Shown: positions 36,623-46,553, numbered from the stretch's first letter. The stretch: 64,000 nt of DNA from a virus (IMGVR_UViG_3300037851_000222:1-64000); one strand, 5' to 3'. Made by a program: numbers and translations. The notes: generated by a model from the sequence alone, not told the origin.

Positions 36623-37199
36623 GGGGAGCCTCGCTTCCGCTTACCTTACCCGAGCTTCGTATAAACGCCAGCGGCAGCTCATCCTTCCCGAAGGTGAACA
36701 GGCAGGGCAGGTACTTCTCAGTTAGCCGCTTGGTGTTCTGCGGTGGTTTGCGTGCAGTCCTGGGGCGTCCGATGCCGGCGTAGCCGATGGTCCCGTAGAG
36801 CGGCTTGGGCAGGTGCTCGCGCCACGGGCAGCACCCGCCCACATGCTTCTGCACGACTTCAATCAGGGGTCGGAACTTGGCGGGGTCAGCGGTGGCTGCT
36901 TGGAGGATTCCGCCGGCTTTCAGGAACCGAACCCATGGTTCGGGGTTCTGCTCGGGGGATAAAACCAGCACGTCGACTACCGGGAGGACTTCGACCACCT
37001 GATGCTTGCGGTTCAACGGCGTGACCTTCTCCGTGGTGTAGACCGCGGTCAGGTCTGGCCATCGGGACACTTCGGCCACTACAGCCGCGGCCATGCCCCC
37101 TACGGCCCCCACGGTGAACCCCTCCTTGCGCAGGGGGACGTAGAGCACCGGCAGGAGCGCGACGGCTTCAATCAACCGGTGCGGGAGCACGTCGGTCAT
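36615..37199 (-). CDS. Degenerate spermidine-synthase-like protein
   Basis: EAVALLP..., VGAVGGMAAAVVAEVSRWP, FLKAGGIL and C-terminal TKRLTEKY...F pattern track SpeE, but GGGDG is degenerate. Confidence 0.45.
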   Translation of the reverse strand: MTDVLPHRLIEAVALLPVLYVPLRKEGFTVGAVGGMAAAVVAEVSRWPDLTAVYTTEKVTPLNRKHQVVEVLPVVDVLVLSPEQNPEPWVRFLKAGGILQAATADPAKFRPLIEVVQKHVGGCCPWREHLPKPLYGTIGYAGIGRPRTARKPPQNTKRLTEKYLPCLFTFGKDELPLAFIRSSGKVSGSEAPHG

Positions 37200-38551
37200 G
37201 GAGCGGCTTTCTTCCCCTTCTTGCGCGACATGAGGACCACCGCTCCCAGCCCCAGGGCGGCAGCCACGGACATGGCGGCGATGCTCACCCCGCCGAAGAA
37301 CCCTTTGGGAGCCGAGGGCAGGTTGGCCGTCAGTTTGGCGGCTTCGGCCAAGCACTGCTGGTACTCGGCCTCAGTGATCTCCTTGGCGTCGAGCCGGCGT
37401 TTGCAGGAGGCCCGCATGTCGAGGATCATCTTGTTGATGGTCCCGCTGACCTCCTCGTAGACCGCGGCCGAGGCGGATTCCGCCTCCGTCATGCGGGCGA
37501 GCATCCACGCCAGGATGGCTAAGCAGACCACCGTGACGCCGCCGATGACGGCGAACTGCACGGCCCCCCAGACCCCCAGCGCGGCTTGGCCATGGGCCTC
37601 ACCCTGCGGCCACATGCCGAGCGGGTTCAGTCGGCTGTACCCCGCGTTGTCGGTGTCCACGAAGGTCTTTTCAGCCTCCTGCACCCGGGCAACCTGCGCG
37701 GCCGTCACGGCCGGCTTCATGGTCGGATTGCGCAGCACCTCGTTCATCTTGCGGATGTTCTCTCGGGTGCGCTCACGACTCGCGGCGTATTCTGCGAACT
37801 TGGCGGTGATCTGGTCGAGCAGCACCTTGCCCGAGGCGAAGTCCAGGGTGGTCTTGAGGACACCCAGGGCGGCGAGCTTGGAGTCCATCGCCGTCGTCTG
37901 CGCTGCCCAAGTCTGGAGACTGGACGAGGCCCAGCGGCGGACGATGTCGTTCCAACCTGACTGCTTGAGGAACAAAGCCCAGCCGCCGCCGGCCAGGGGG
38001 TCCGAAGGAGAGAATGCGGGAGGTGTGTCCCAGATGGGGAACTTCCGGTCCCCTCGGTTGTCCTTCAGGAGCCCCTGGACGGCGACGGCGAGGTAGTTGA
38101 AGTTGAGCGTGCCGGCGATGATCTGCTTGATCACCCACTCCAACACGTTGCTGGTGACATCGTACCACTGGCGGTCGGTCAGGCCGCTGCCCGAGGCGAA
38201 CAGGACGGCCTGCGCCGCTTCCTTCGGGTTGGATAGCCAGGTGGAACCACCCTGCGCCGCGGTCCACACCGCGTTGCTCAGTTGATCCCCGTAGGACATG
38301 ACGTAGTAACACCAAGCCCAGTACCCGTTCGGCCCGGACTGCGCCCAGTTCTGGAAGGCGGTCCACCGGGCCTGCTGGTCCGGCGCGAGCCGCCCGGCCA
38401 TGCCCATCTTGACGACGCTGGCTGCCGTGCCGAACAGTTGGGCCAGTGTGTGCCCGCTGGCCGAGAAGCTGGGAGTGGCCTTGTAGATGATGTGGTTAAG
38501 CAGGGCTTCGCGGATGGCGAACTCGGACCCCCGCTGGAAGGTGTCACTCAC
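37196..38551 (-). CDS. Helical membrane protein with two TM segments and basic tail (putative virion membrane/DNA entry)
   Basis: FAVIGGVTVVCLAILAWML and IAAMSVAAALGLGAVVLMSRKKGKK. Confidence 0.7.
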   Translation of the reverse strand: MSDTFQRGSEFAIREALLNHIIYKATPSFSASGHTLAQLFGTAASVVKMGMAGRLAPDQQARWTAFQNWAQSGPNGYWAWCYYVMSYGDQLSNAVWTAAQGGSTWLSNPKEAAQAVLFASGSGLTDRQWYDVTSNVLEWVIKQIIAGTLNFNYLAVAVQGLLKDNRGDRKFPIWDTPPAFSPSDPLAGGGWALFLKQSGWNDIVRRWASSSLQTWAAQTTAMDSKLAALGVLKTTLDFASGKVLLDQITAKFAEYAASRERTRENIRKMNEVLRNPTMKPAVTAAQVARVQEAEKTFVDTDNAGYSRLNPLGMWPQGEAHGQAALGVWGAVQFAVIGGVTVVCLAILAWMLARMTEAESASAAVYEEVSGTINKMILDMRASCKRRLDAKEITEAEYQQCLAEAAKLTANLPSAPKGFFGGVSIAAMSVAAALGLGAVVLMSRKKGKKAAP

Positions 38552-38982
38552 GACTTGGCCTCCAGCGCCTCTCGGCTGTTCTTCCACTCGCGGAAGATGG
38601 CCTGGAACTGCGGCGGGGCCATGTCCGTGATCTTCTTTTTGAGCGCCTGAACCTCGGGCGTCTTGGGCGCGGCCTCCAGGGCGTTGATCATTGCCCATGC
38701 CGTTGACTCAAGGGTCTCGGCCTTGGCCTTGGCCTTCTCCACGGCCGGCGGCCGGATGTGGGACAGGGCCATCTCGCCCAAGCTGTTGATCATCGGCCCC
38801 CACACGGGGATGAACCGGGCGAACTTCAGCCCCACCGCTACGGCGGCCAGCACGCCACCTACCCACCCGGCGGTCTGCCACATGCCCGCCAGGGCGTCGT
38901 CAATGACCTCGCCGGCCCCATCGGGGTCAGTCAGCCAGTCGGTGTAGGAGGCGTCAGGGGGTACGGCTTGGGGGGACGACAT
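38548..38982 (-). CDS. Membrane protein
   Basis: WVGGVLAAVAVGLKF TM segment. Confidence 0.65.
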   Translation of the reverse strand: MSSPQAVPPDASYTDWLTDPDGAGEVIDDALAGMWQTAGWVGGVLAAVAVGLKFARFIPVWGPMINSLGEMALSHIRPPAVEKAKAKAETLESTAWAMINALEAAPKTPEVQALKKKITDMAPPQFQAIFREWKNSREALEAKS

Positions 38983-39193
38983 ACTGGACTCCGCTTTTGT
39001 CGATGGTGTAGCCGAACGCCTTTTCGTGGGCTTCCGCGATTTTCTGGAGTTGCACGCCTATTTTTCCAGCATCAGCACCCTTTTGGAGGGCCACGCCCAT
39101 GTGCCAGATGTTGGCCATGCACTTCTGGTCGTCACGGCTGGCGCCGCAGCCGCAGAGGGTCAGGGCGGCGGCGAGGAGCAATATGCGGCGCAT
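38954..39193 (-). CDS. Small lipoprotein
   Basis: MRRILLLAAALTLCGC lipobox. Confidence 0.7.
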   Translation of the reverse strand: MRRILLLAAALTLCGCGASRDDQKCMANIWHMGVALQKGADAGKIGVQLQKIAEAHEKAFGYTIDKSGVQYVVPPSRTP

Positions 39194-39195
39194 GT

Positions 39196-40059
39196 TCAGG
39201 CCTCCCGTGATCTGACAGCTTCCGGCCAGAGTGTATCCAAGGTTTTGAGGATGTCATCGGCGGGTTTCAGCAGGGTCGGGGAGAGCCCTTCTGGCAGCTT
39301 GACACCGGGACGGACGACTAACTTGAACCCCCGCAGACTGCCGAGCCTGGTCAAGACCTTACCCCATCCATCGGCTTGGAAGGCTCCACTGGCAACGATA
39401 ATCCCATTACCAATGATCAAAATATGCTCAAAGGCCGCCTTCTCCAGGTTGTCTGAACCCTCGGACGGGAGGGGGGAGATCGCCAACTTGTCTTCGGGGA
39501 GCCCCCAGCCGCGAATGACCTTGAGGATCGGCAGCGTGCCGGGGTTGCTGGGGGTTAGCACCTTGACGAACCAGTGAGGGCTGTTGGCCAGGGTGTGGAC
39601 CTGTTCCAGCACCGGCAGGACGCCCTCTGGCGAGGCGATGTGGTCGAGGATGAAAGCCGCCCGGCGGGGCAGCTTCATGGCATTCTGCCCCTGCTCCTTC
39701 AGCTTTTTCTTGGAGGCGCAGGTCTTGCACCCACCCGGATCAGCCGGCTTGGGGGCCACCTTTCCGCCGATCAGGTTGAGGATCCGCACATCGAGGTCGT
39801 AGCACCACATAGCAGCCCGAACGGGGCCGTACGCGGCCAGAGCCAGCCACAGCGGGGCGACCCAGGGGTTGGTCGCCACGGGCAGGGCGCAGGCCGCGCC
39901 CAGGGCGATCCAGAATAGGTTGCAGGCCTCGCAGTTGATGATCGGGACCAGCCGCAGCTTGCTCCGCAGTTCGTCGAAGACCCGCTCACGGTTGTAGATC
40001 CGGTGGATGGCGAGAACCACCAAAGGGTAGAGGGCGAGGGCGACGATTTGAGGCAGCAT
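39196..40059 (-). CDS. DUF1360-like membrane protein with two CxxC motifs
   Basis: RIYNRERVFDELR...INCEACNLFW; GGCKTC; AGGAG SD. Confidence 0.6.
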   Translation of the reverse strand: MLPQIVALALYPLVVLAIHRIYNRERVFDELRSKLRLVPIINCEACNLFWIALGAACALPVATNPWVAPLWLALAAYGPVRAAMWCYDLDVRILNLIGGKVAPKPADPGGCKTCASKKKLKEQGQNAMKLPRRAAFILDHIASPEGVLPVLEQVHTLANSPHWFVKVLTPSNPGTLPILKVIRGWGLPEDKLAISPLPSEGSDNLEKAAFEHILIIGNGIIVASGAFQADGWGKVLTRLGSLRGFKLVVRPGVKLPEGLSPTLLKPADDILKTLDTLWPEAVRSREA

Positions 40060-40071
40060 GGAGGCTCCTGG

Positions 40072-40707
40072 TCAAGTGGGGTCGTCGCAGCAGGTGGGGA
40101 AGGCCCAAAGCTGCTGGGAGGTGTGGTCGGAGACGATGATCGCCATGGTCCCTAGGGACATGCTGAATGCCCCTTTGTTCACGGCGGCCACGTCCCGAAA
40201 CCGTCCACTGGACGAGTATAACCGTACTGTCCCTGTCGCCCCTGACAAAATGTTGCCTTGGCTCACGCCGATTGCCGGGCGTTTTGTGTTGAACTGCTGA
40301 TCCCCCACTGCGAAAGATCCGGCCCCCGCCGCGGTCACGACCTCCGAGATGAGGATGACCGACTGGATCAGTTGCCGCACGGTCGGCGCGGTCACATCAA
40401 ACAGCATCCTGGGGAACAGGGTTGCGGCATTTGCCGCATAAAACGCCGCAACCTGCGCATCGAACGAAGTACCCGCGTTGGGGTCGAAGGCCAGCACGTC
40501 CGCTTGGTAGGTGGCGAGGCCGCCCGTGCGGTACTGGAACACCCCGGAGAAGATGATGTCGTTCGCGTTGTCTTGCAGCAGCCGCACGTCGGCGCTGATC
40601 AAGGAGATGCCGCCCAGGAGCGCGAAGAGGTTGTTGACCGCCAGGTTGAAGTTGCTGGCGCTCTGCCCGGGCTTGGTCCTGATCTGCGATGATTGAATGA
40701 AACCCAT
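40072..40707 (-). CDS. Tandem beta-alpha-beta-beta domain protein ending in CC (paralog 3 of 5)
   Basis: Same domain order as the N-termini of 40711 and 42756; ends FPTCCDDPT. Confidence 0.7.
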   Translation of the reverse strand: MGFIQSSQIRTKPGQSASNFNLAVNNLFALLGGISLISADVRLLQDNANDIIFSGVFQYRTGGLATYQADVLAFDPNAGTSFDAQVAAFYAANAATLFPRMLFDVTAPTVRQLIQSVILISEVVTAAGAGSFAVGDQQFNTKRPAIGVSQGNILSGATGTVRLYSSSGRFRDVAAVNKGAFSMSLGTMAIIVSDHTSQQLWAFPTCCDDPT

Positions 40708-40710
40708 GGG

Positions 40711-42759
40711 CTACTCCGGGTCCGGGCAGGTGGTGTCATCAATGGTGCAGTCATTTTCCTGCACCGTGGTTCGGATGGCGAAGCACTCCCTCCCGGGGTT
40801 TGTGTCATAGGCCCAGTCCTCTTCCACCCCTCCTGAGACACACTCCCGCGAGACCTCGACCGGATCGCTCCATTCGCTCGTATCACAGTTCCACTCGCTC
40901 TCCCAGTGGTAGACGCAGTCATAGCAGCAGTTGGACGGCTCAGCCAGCGTTGGCCCATCCGGCGTGTCGGGGCCGGTGGGGCAGTCGCTGCCGCCGACCG
41001 TGCAGGCGTCCTCTTCCGCTGTCTTCCGGGTGGCTTTGCACTCGTTGCCGGCCCCTGCCATGTAGGCCCACGCCGTGACTTGACTGATGCCATCCGCCAC
41101 ACATTCGGTGTTGCCCAGCACTGGGTCGCCCCACACACCACTGATGCAGTCCCACTCGGACTCCCAAGTGTAGACGCAATCCCAGTAGATGCAGTCGGGG
41201 ACGCATTCATCTTCGACGGTGCTGAACAGCACCCCTTCACCTGTCGCTTGGGTGATGGCCCCCTGGTCTTCGCACAAGCAGCCGCTGCGCAGGTAGACCT
41301 CGGCCCACTCACCGTCCGGGTCGCAGACCCAGTTCTCGGTCTCGTTGGGGCCAGGTGCGCCTTGGTGCTCGCAACCGTCACTGTCGTTGCTGATGCACTC
41401 GGCGGCGTCGAACTGCCACACGGACTCGCCGTAATCCTCGACACAGATGTACTTGACGTGCGTGCAGCAGGAGACCGGGCAGCACGCGGCTTCAATGCTG
41501 GGCACACGGATCGGGTTGTTGGCCTGCGCCTGGAAGTCAGGCGCCGGCAGCAGTTGCAGCAGTGTGTTCTGATCGTTCTCCCCACACTCGCACAAGCCCT
41601 GCTCCTCGTACTCGACATGGTCGATGACGTTGTCGAGGTCCAGGTCTTGCTCGGTCAGGGTGGCGTCGGGAGCACAGTCGGCGTTGTCCACGCAGGCGAT
41701 GCTGGTCAGCGTCCACTTGGACGTGCAGGTCTGCGTGGCCTCATCGAAGGTGTCTTCGCAGTCGAACACCGCTTGGAGGCAGCAGTCAGGCGGGGGCGGC
41801 GGGGGGGTGCAGCACCGCGGCGGACAGGTGGGGTCGGGCACGACGGCCGGCAACGGTGCACCGCACCGGCAGGCGTACTTGCGCTCCCAGTGGGCAGTCA
41901 GATCGTTGCAGGTGTAGTAGAACCAGCCATGGAGGCATTGGTCGTTCGGCAGACACCGGATGTTGGTCAGCACCCACACGTCGACATTGTTGATGCACTG
42001 ACAGACGTGGTCGTAGGTCAGGCAGCAGTTGTTCTTGGCAGGGTCGGTGGGGTCGGGCGGGTTGTTGCGGTCCTGGGGGTCCGGCGGGTCGAAGAACACC
42101 GGAGGCCCGCCAGCGTTGCAGGCGGCCCCTACCGGTGAGATCGGCAGCGGCAGGATATCGTCAGCCCCAGCCACACCGCAGCAGTTGAGGCCACCATGTC
42201 CTGCGGTGGCCGCGTTGACCAGCAGGCCGTTGGTCTGCGCTGGCCAAGTCAGGCCGCCGAGGTTGTTCGCTTCCAGCCGGTCTGGTTGGACGGCGACGTT
42301 GCTCAACTGTGAAAACTGCCCGGCGGTGGCCGTGAGCACCGACTCCTCCGCTTGAGCGGGGAAGTGGACGTTGCCCAGGGTCAGGTATTGCGTGGCCCGA
42401 GGTTGGTAGATGGCCAGGATGCGCGTGGGGTGCGTGAACCGGCTCTTGCTCCGGGTGATGTTCCACGTCTTCAGCAGATCGTAAGGGTTGTTCAGGAACC
42501 AGTTGGCCAAGGCTTGGCTGGCAGTCGCCCCGGCCAAGGGGTTGTCGATGAACTCAATGGCCCCATAGGTGGTGCCGCCGGCCGATTCGTAGGCGACGAC
42601 GATCTGGTAGCGGTAGTCGGCCCCCCGCTCCTCAAAGCGGACGCTGATGTCCTGAAGGGTGATCTCCGGGTTGACTTGGAAAAACTGATTCAGCACGCCC
42701 GCGATGACGTTGTTGGTCGACCCGGTCGGGATGACGAAGGACTGGATGCGCTGCGTCAT
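40711..42759 (-). CDS. Paralog 4 of 5 with about five cysteine-rich repeats (putative disulfide-stabilised stalk)
   Basis: Repeats such as DCVYTWESEWDC...PTLAEPSNCC and DCVYHWESEWNC...TTCPDPE. Confidence 0.8.
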   Translation of the reverse strand: MTQRIQSFVIPTGSTNNVIAGVLNQFFQVNPEITLQDISVRFEERGADYRYQIVVAYESAGGTTYGAIEFIDNPLAGATASQALANWFLNNPYDLLKTWNITRSKSRFTHPTRILAIYQPRATQYLTLGNVHFPAQAEESVLTATAGQFSQLSNVAVQPDRLEANNLGGLTWPAQTNGLLVNAATAGHGGLNCCGVAGADDILPLPISPVGAACNAGGPPVFFDPPDPQDRNNPPDPTDPAKNNCCLTYDHVCQCINNVDVWVLTNIRCLPNDQCLHGWFYYTCNDLTAHWERKYACRCGAPLPAVVPDPTCPPRCCTPPPPPPDCCLQAVFDCEDTFDEATQTCTSKWTLTSIACVDNADCAPDATLTEQDLDLDNVIDHVEYEEQGLCECGENDQNTLLQLLPAPDFQAQANNPIRVPSIEAACCPVSCCTHVKYICVEDYGESVWQFDAAECISNDSDGCEHQGAPGPNETENWVCDPDGEWAEVYLRSGCLCEDQGAITQATGEGVLFSTVEDECVPDCIYWDCVYTWESEWDCISGVWGDPVLGNTECVADGISQVTAWAYMAGAGNECKATRKTAEEDACTVGGSDCPTGPDTPDGPTLAEPSNCCYDCVYHWESEWNCDTSEWSDPVEVSRECVSGGVEEDWAYDTNPGRECFAIRTTVQENDCTIDDTTCPDPE

Positions 42760-44549
42760 ATTTCAAGCTCGTTGTGTGGGAGTTGCTGGACCGCGATGAC
42801 TTGGGCGAAGCTCTCGGGGTTGGTGTCTTCGTGGCCGACCCAAGTCCCCCCATTGTCAGTGGAGTAGAAGGAGCGCCCGAGCACACCGAAGGTCATGATC
42901 CAGGTGTTGCTGAGGCCCTTGCGGTAGGCCAGGGTCACTTCGGGGTCGAAGTTGTCTCCAAAGTTTGCGATGCCGGTGCCGAGGGGTATATTGCCGACAA
43001 AGGTCCAAGTGGTACCATTATCGTCCGACCGGATGAATCCATAGGCCCCGCTACCGCCGTTCACACAGAACACACCGACCAGCCACACCCCGTTGCCGTC
43101 CGTCTCAACGTGCCGGGTGGTGTACGGCCCCGGCAGTGCCAGGGCCAAATTGGCCATGGCCGAGGTGATGTCGGCAGGCGCCCACGATTGCGGATTTGAG
43201 ACTCCCATGACCATAACCAGAGGGCTGCCGAGTGCGTCACGACCCACGGCGACCCCGTACCCGTTGCCCAGCGCGTCGTAGGAGAACGCGGCACGGAAGA
43301 AATAACCTGGGTTATATGCCTCTAGGGTTGTGACACGGGTTATGGCTGGTATCAGGTTCATGTATTTGTCAGCGAGGAGAACGATTGGATAGGCGTGTGT
43401 GGCTTCCCAACCGAAGATCATCACGTCGCCGTTGTAAAGCCGGTAGCATGCGTTCAGTGACCAGTCCCACGGGGTTGGATAGGGCAGCCCAGCCACGGTC
43501 AGGGCAGGGAAATCTTGGAGAGACCCGAAATCCTCAAACCAGATGATGCTGCCATTGACGTTGGGGTCGTAGTTGTAAATCTGCCGGGACGTGATGAAAA
43601 GCTGCGGGGGCTGGCCGTAGGTGGCCAAGGTGGCACCCCCTGCGTAGCTGGAGACATCCGGCTGGGTGAAGATGGAGTTGTTCCAAGAGAGCCCGCGATC
43701 CGTTGACTCTTGAAGCACACTGGCGCCGTAGTTGTTCACCGGGATGGAGAACAGGCGGATGTTGGGATACTCCTCTTTCGCCACCAGAATAGGATCGGGA
43801 TTGCCGGTGCCCTCTTCCACGACGACACCGTCCAGGGTGTAGAGGGCGATCCCGAGGGCTTGGTTGTTGCCGGGGCCAGCAAACATGGGGTCCGGCGGCG
43901 GCGGGATGATGTTTCCACAGCAGGACGGCAGCAGGTAGACCAGATTGCTGTTGGGGTCCATCACGGCGTAGTGGCTCACGCCGACCTCGGCCGTCACGGT
44001 CGGGTGGACGTTCAGGGCCACACCGGAGCCCGCACCCGTTCCATCCGGCCGAAGGTAGGTCACGCTGCCCGGCTGACCCGGGAGGATGTCCTCCTCGGCA
44101 CGGACCATCAGCAGGTGTTCGGGCAGGTGCCCATGCAGAGGGTTGTCAGCCAGCCCGTCCGTGTAAACCACCAGCAGCCGCAGGGGCGTGGCTGCGCTGT
44201 TCTCCAGGTCGGTGAGGTCCACGATCTTGTAGGGCTTGAGGGGCGTGCCGTTCGGGAAGAACACCTCGTAGGCGGCCTGAACCTCGTCGTGGCTGCCTTG
44301 GAAACCCACGGCCCTGTAGAAGTTCCCCGAGGCGACCGGGGCTGGGGGTGGGGGCAGGATTTCCTCGTAGAGGACGCGCACGACGATGTTGCCGCCGGTG
44401 ATGTTGTCCTTCTTCCCCGAGTCGCGGATGATGTCAAAGATCCGCAGGCGCCCCGTGGCGAAAACGGTGTTCAGGTCATCGACGACTTGGTCCAGGCCGG
44501 CGCCGGTGGTATCGCCTGTCGTCAGGATCTTTACAGCGCCGGTGGCCAT
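42756..44549 (-). CDS. Paralog 5 of 5 with C-terminal Asp-box (BNR) beta-propeller
   Basis: LPSCCG linker; STDRGLSW, SDDNGTTW, STDNGGTW Asp-boxes. Confidence 0.8.
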   Translation of the reverse strand: MATGAVKILTTGDTTGAGLDQVVDDLNTVFATGRLRIFDIIRDSGKKDNITGGNIVVRVLYEEILPPPPAPVASGNFYRAVGFQGSHDEVQAAYEVFFPNGTPLKPYKIVDLTDLENSAATPLRLLVVYTDGLADNPLHGHLPEHLLMVRAEEDILPGQPGSVTYLRPDGTGAGSGVALNVHPTVTAEVGVSHYAVMDPNSNLVYLLPSCCGNIIPPPPDPMFAGPGNNQALGIALYTLDGVVVEEGTGNPDPILVAKEEYPNIRLFSIPVNNYGASVLQESTDRGLSWNNSIFTQPDVSSYAGGATLATYGQPPQLFITSRQIYNYDPNVNGSIIWFEDFGSLQDFPALTVAGLPYPTPWDWSLNACYRLYNGDVMIFGWEATHAYPIVLLADKYMNLIPAITRVTTLEAYNPGYFFRAAFSYDALGNGYGVAVGRDALGSPLVMVMGVSNPQSWAPADITSAMANLALALPGPYTTRHVETDGNGVWLVGVFCVNGGSGAYGFIRSDDNGTTWTFVGNIPLGTGIANFGDNFDPEVTLAYRKGLSNTWIMTFGVLGRSFYSTDNGGTWVGHEDTNPESFAQVIAVQQLPHNELEI

Positions 44550-45343
44550 TGGCGTTCTCCGTTGTGGCAGAGGGCCAGGGCACCCTTGGCCGCAGCCAGG
44601 AACGCCTCGTCTGCGTAAGGGTCGCCGTAGGCGTCGAGGGGGTAGCCGGGGTCCACCGGCCGGGGGGCGTTGTCGGTGTTCTGGAGCATGCTCGACATCC
44701 ACCCTTGGATGACGATGCGGCCAGTGCAGTTGAGCACGTCGGTCTCGGTGCGGGGGAAGTTGCCGATGGGCTGCTCAATGCCCATGACCCGCATGCGGAA
44801 GTTGATGTCCTGGTTGCTGTCCCAGCGCATGAAGGTTGGAATCGGCAGGAAGTGCCCGCCCAGAGCATACTGCTTGGCTGGGTTCGGTTCACCGCCGGTC
44901 AGGTTGTTGATCTTGATGTCCTCAAATACGCCCAGCCGCTCGCTCGACCGCAGGGCCTCAATCTCAAACACTTCATTGATCGGCAACTGCGGGATCTCGT
45001 AGCTGATCTTGTTGACGATCACCATGTAGTTGTCGGGCACGACGAACCCACTGATGATGTTGTACCACGTCTTGTAGAACAGCATGCAGACGGTCGTGCT
45101 GATCGTGAACGACTTGCCCCAGTAGTTGGCGGCGTTCCACGGCGGTTGGTGGATCGGCAGCAGCAGCGAGCAACCGGGCGCCGAGCCGCGAGGCTCGGGG
45201 GCGTTGACACCGTCCTGGGGCGGCGGTTCGTGCATGAACCTCTCGGCGCGGTCCTGCCGGGCCAAGTCGGTCCAGAAGTACCACATCGCCCGGTCGAGGA
45301 TCAGGTCGTCGGGTCCGGTCGGGCGCTTCACTTCGTCAGCCAT
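44531..45343 (-). CDS. Putative single-jelly-roll virion protein
   Basis: QPPWNAANYW motif, GFVVPDNYMVIVNKISY, terminal RIVIQGW strand. Confidence 0.6.
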   Translation of the reverse strand: MADEVKRPTGPDDLILDRAMWYFWTDLARQDRAERFMHEPPPQDGVNAPEPRGSAPGCSLLLPIHQPPWNAANYWGKSFTISTTVCMLFYKTWYNIISGFVVPDNYMVIVNKISYEIPQLPINEVFEIEALRSSERLGVFEDIKINNLTGGEPNPAKQYALGGHFLPIPTFMRWDSNQDINFRMRVMGIEQPIGNFPRTETDVLNCTGRIVIQGWMSSMLQNTDNAPRPVDPGYPLDAYGDPYADEAFLAAAKGALALCHNGERQWPPAL

Positions 45344-45866
45344 TGCGGCGCCCTCCGCGCTCTCCGACGTAGGTGGCGGGGTCGGTGTCGGGGTAGAAGT
45401 AGCCGAACAGTCCGACGTAGTAGCGATGCCCCGAGGCGCTGATGTTTCGGACCTCAATCGTCAGTTTGGACTGGAACGCCACGATCTGCTGCAACGGGCG
45501 CTTGAAACAGGGCCAGAGGATGTTGGCCAAGTCGCGGCAGATTTCCGCGTCCTGGGGCAGGGTGACGTAGGGCATCGGGTTGCCATCGTGCATCAGCCGG
45601 AACTCGACACCACTGCCTTCTAGCGGCACCTCGGCGGCCACAGCGAAGTGAGTCACGACCCCGACGTAGTGGCTCTTTCCCTCGACGCTGACGGCCTCGG
45701 ACCAGAGGGGTTGGTTCATGCCGATGCGGCGGCACCGGGTGGCCAGGAGGGGCAGGGCGTAGAACGGTGCAGTGTTCCAAGCGGGCCGGCGAATGCCGGT
45801 CTGCCCCGAGCGCAGGGTGAGCGCCGTAGCCCCGATGGCGATGGGGATGGCGGGTGGGAGCGGCAT
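45336..45866 (-). CDS. Putative single-jelly-roll virion protein
   Basis: RPAWNTAPFY motif, VEFRLMHDGNP, LTIEVRN...VGLFGYFYP. Confidence 0.6.
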   Translation of the reverse strand: MPLPPAIPIAIGATALTLRSGQTGIRRPAWNTAPFYALPLLATRCRRIGMNQPLWSEAVSVEGKSHYVGVVTHFAVAAEVPLEGSGVEFRLMHDGNPMPYVTLPQDAEICRDLANILWPCFKRPLQQIVAFQSKLTIEVRNISASGHRYYVGLFGYFYPDTDPATYVGERGGRRNG

Positions 45867-45881
45867 CGGTCGGCCCTCCCG

Positions 45882-46553
45882 TTAAAATGCCACGCCGATT
45901 TTCGGCCCGCCGGCTTGGTTGAGGGGGCGCCAGGAGTAGCCCTTGAGGCACACGTCCACGTCGGTCGAGCCCACGGCGGCGACAGCGCGGCGCACCATGA
46001 AGGTGATGCGATCCTCGCGCCAGGACTCGGCCAGGATGAAGGTGCTGGCCGGCAGGACCAGGGTGCCGCGCTGCTCCGCGATGTCTTGCAGGCCCGGCAC
46101 GGCCGAGCCGTTCTTGCACACTTGGAACAGGATGCTGCCGTCGTAGGTGTAGAGCGGGTCGAGGACGTTGAACCCGTAGCCCGTGATCCGCACGCCCCGC
46201 CCCTCGGGCATGGGCACGGTCAGGGCCACGGCGTAGGCGCCGGCCGCAGCCGGGACGGTGACGCGGGCCGACAGGTCGATGGGCTGGGACCAGTAGTGCG
46301 GAGCGTTGTAGGCCGGCTCCGCGGCGGTGAAGTTGGTGTTCTCCAGCAGCTTGACCATGCGCTTCATCAGGAAGGCCACCTCGGCCGCCAGCGCCGGGGG
46401 TACGCCGCTGCCGCGTTGCGGCGCAGTGCCCTGGGCGATGGCGCGGAACCCATCGGGCGGATTGTAGGCCTCGGCGCTACGCCGCCCGTTGGGGTTCGCT
46501 TGGGTGGATTGCGGGGCGCCACCACCCTGGAGGTAGTCCATGTAGGGGTCCAC
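45882..46553 (-). CDS. Putative single-jelly-roll virion protein
   Basis: EPAYNAPHYW motif, VPMPEGRGVRITGYG, ILFQVCKNG, VCLKGYSW. Confidence 0.65.
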   Translation of the reverse strand: MDPYMDYLQGGGAPQSTQANPNGRRSAEAYNPPDGFRAIAQGTAPQRGSGVPPALAAEVAFLMKRMVKLLENTNFTAAEPAYNAPHYWSQPIDLSARVTVPAAAGAYAVALTVPMPEGRGVRITGYGFNVLDPLYTYDGSILFQVCKNGSAVPGLQDIAEQRGTLVLPASTFILAESWREDRITFMVRRAVAAVGSTDVDVCLKGYSWRPLNQAGGPKIGVAF

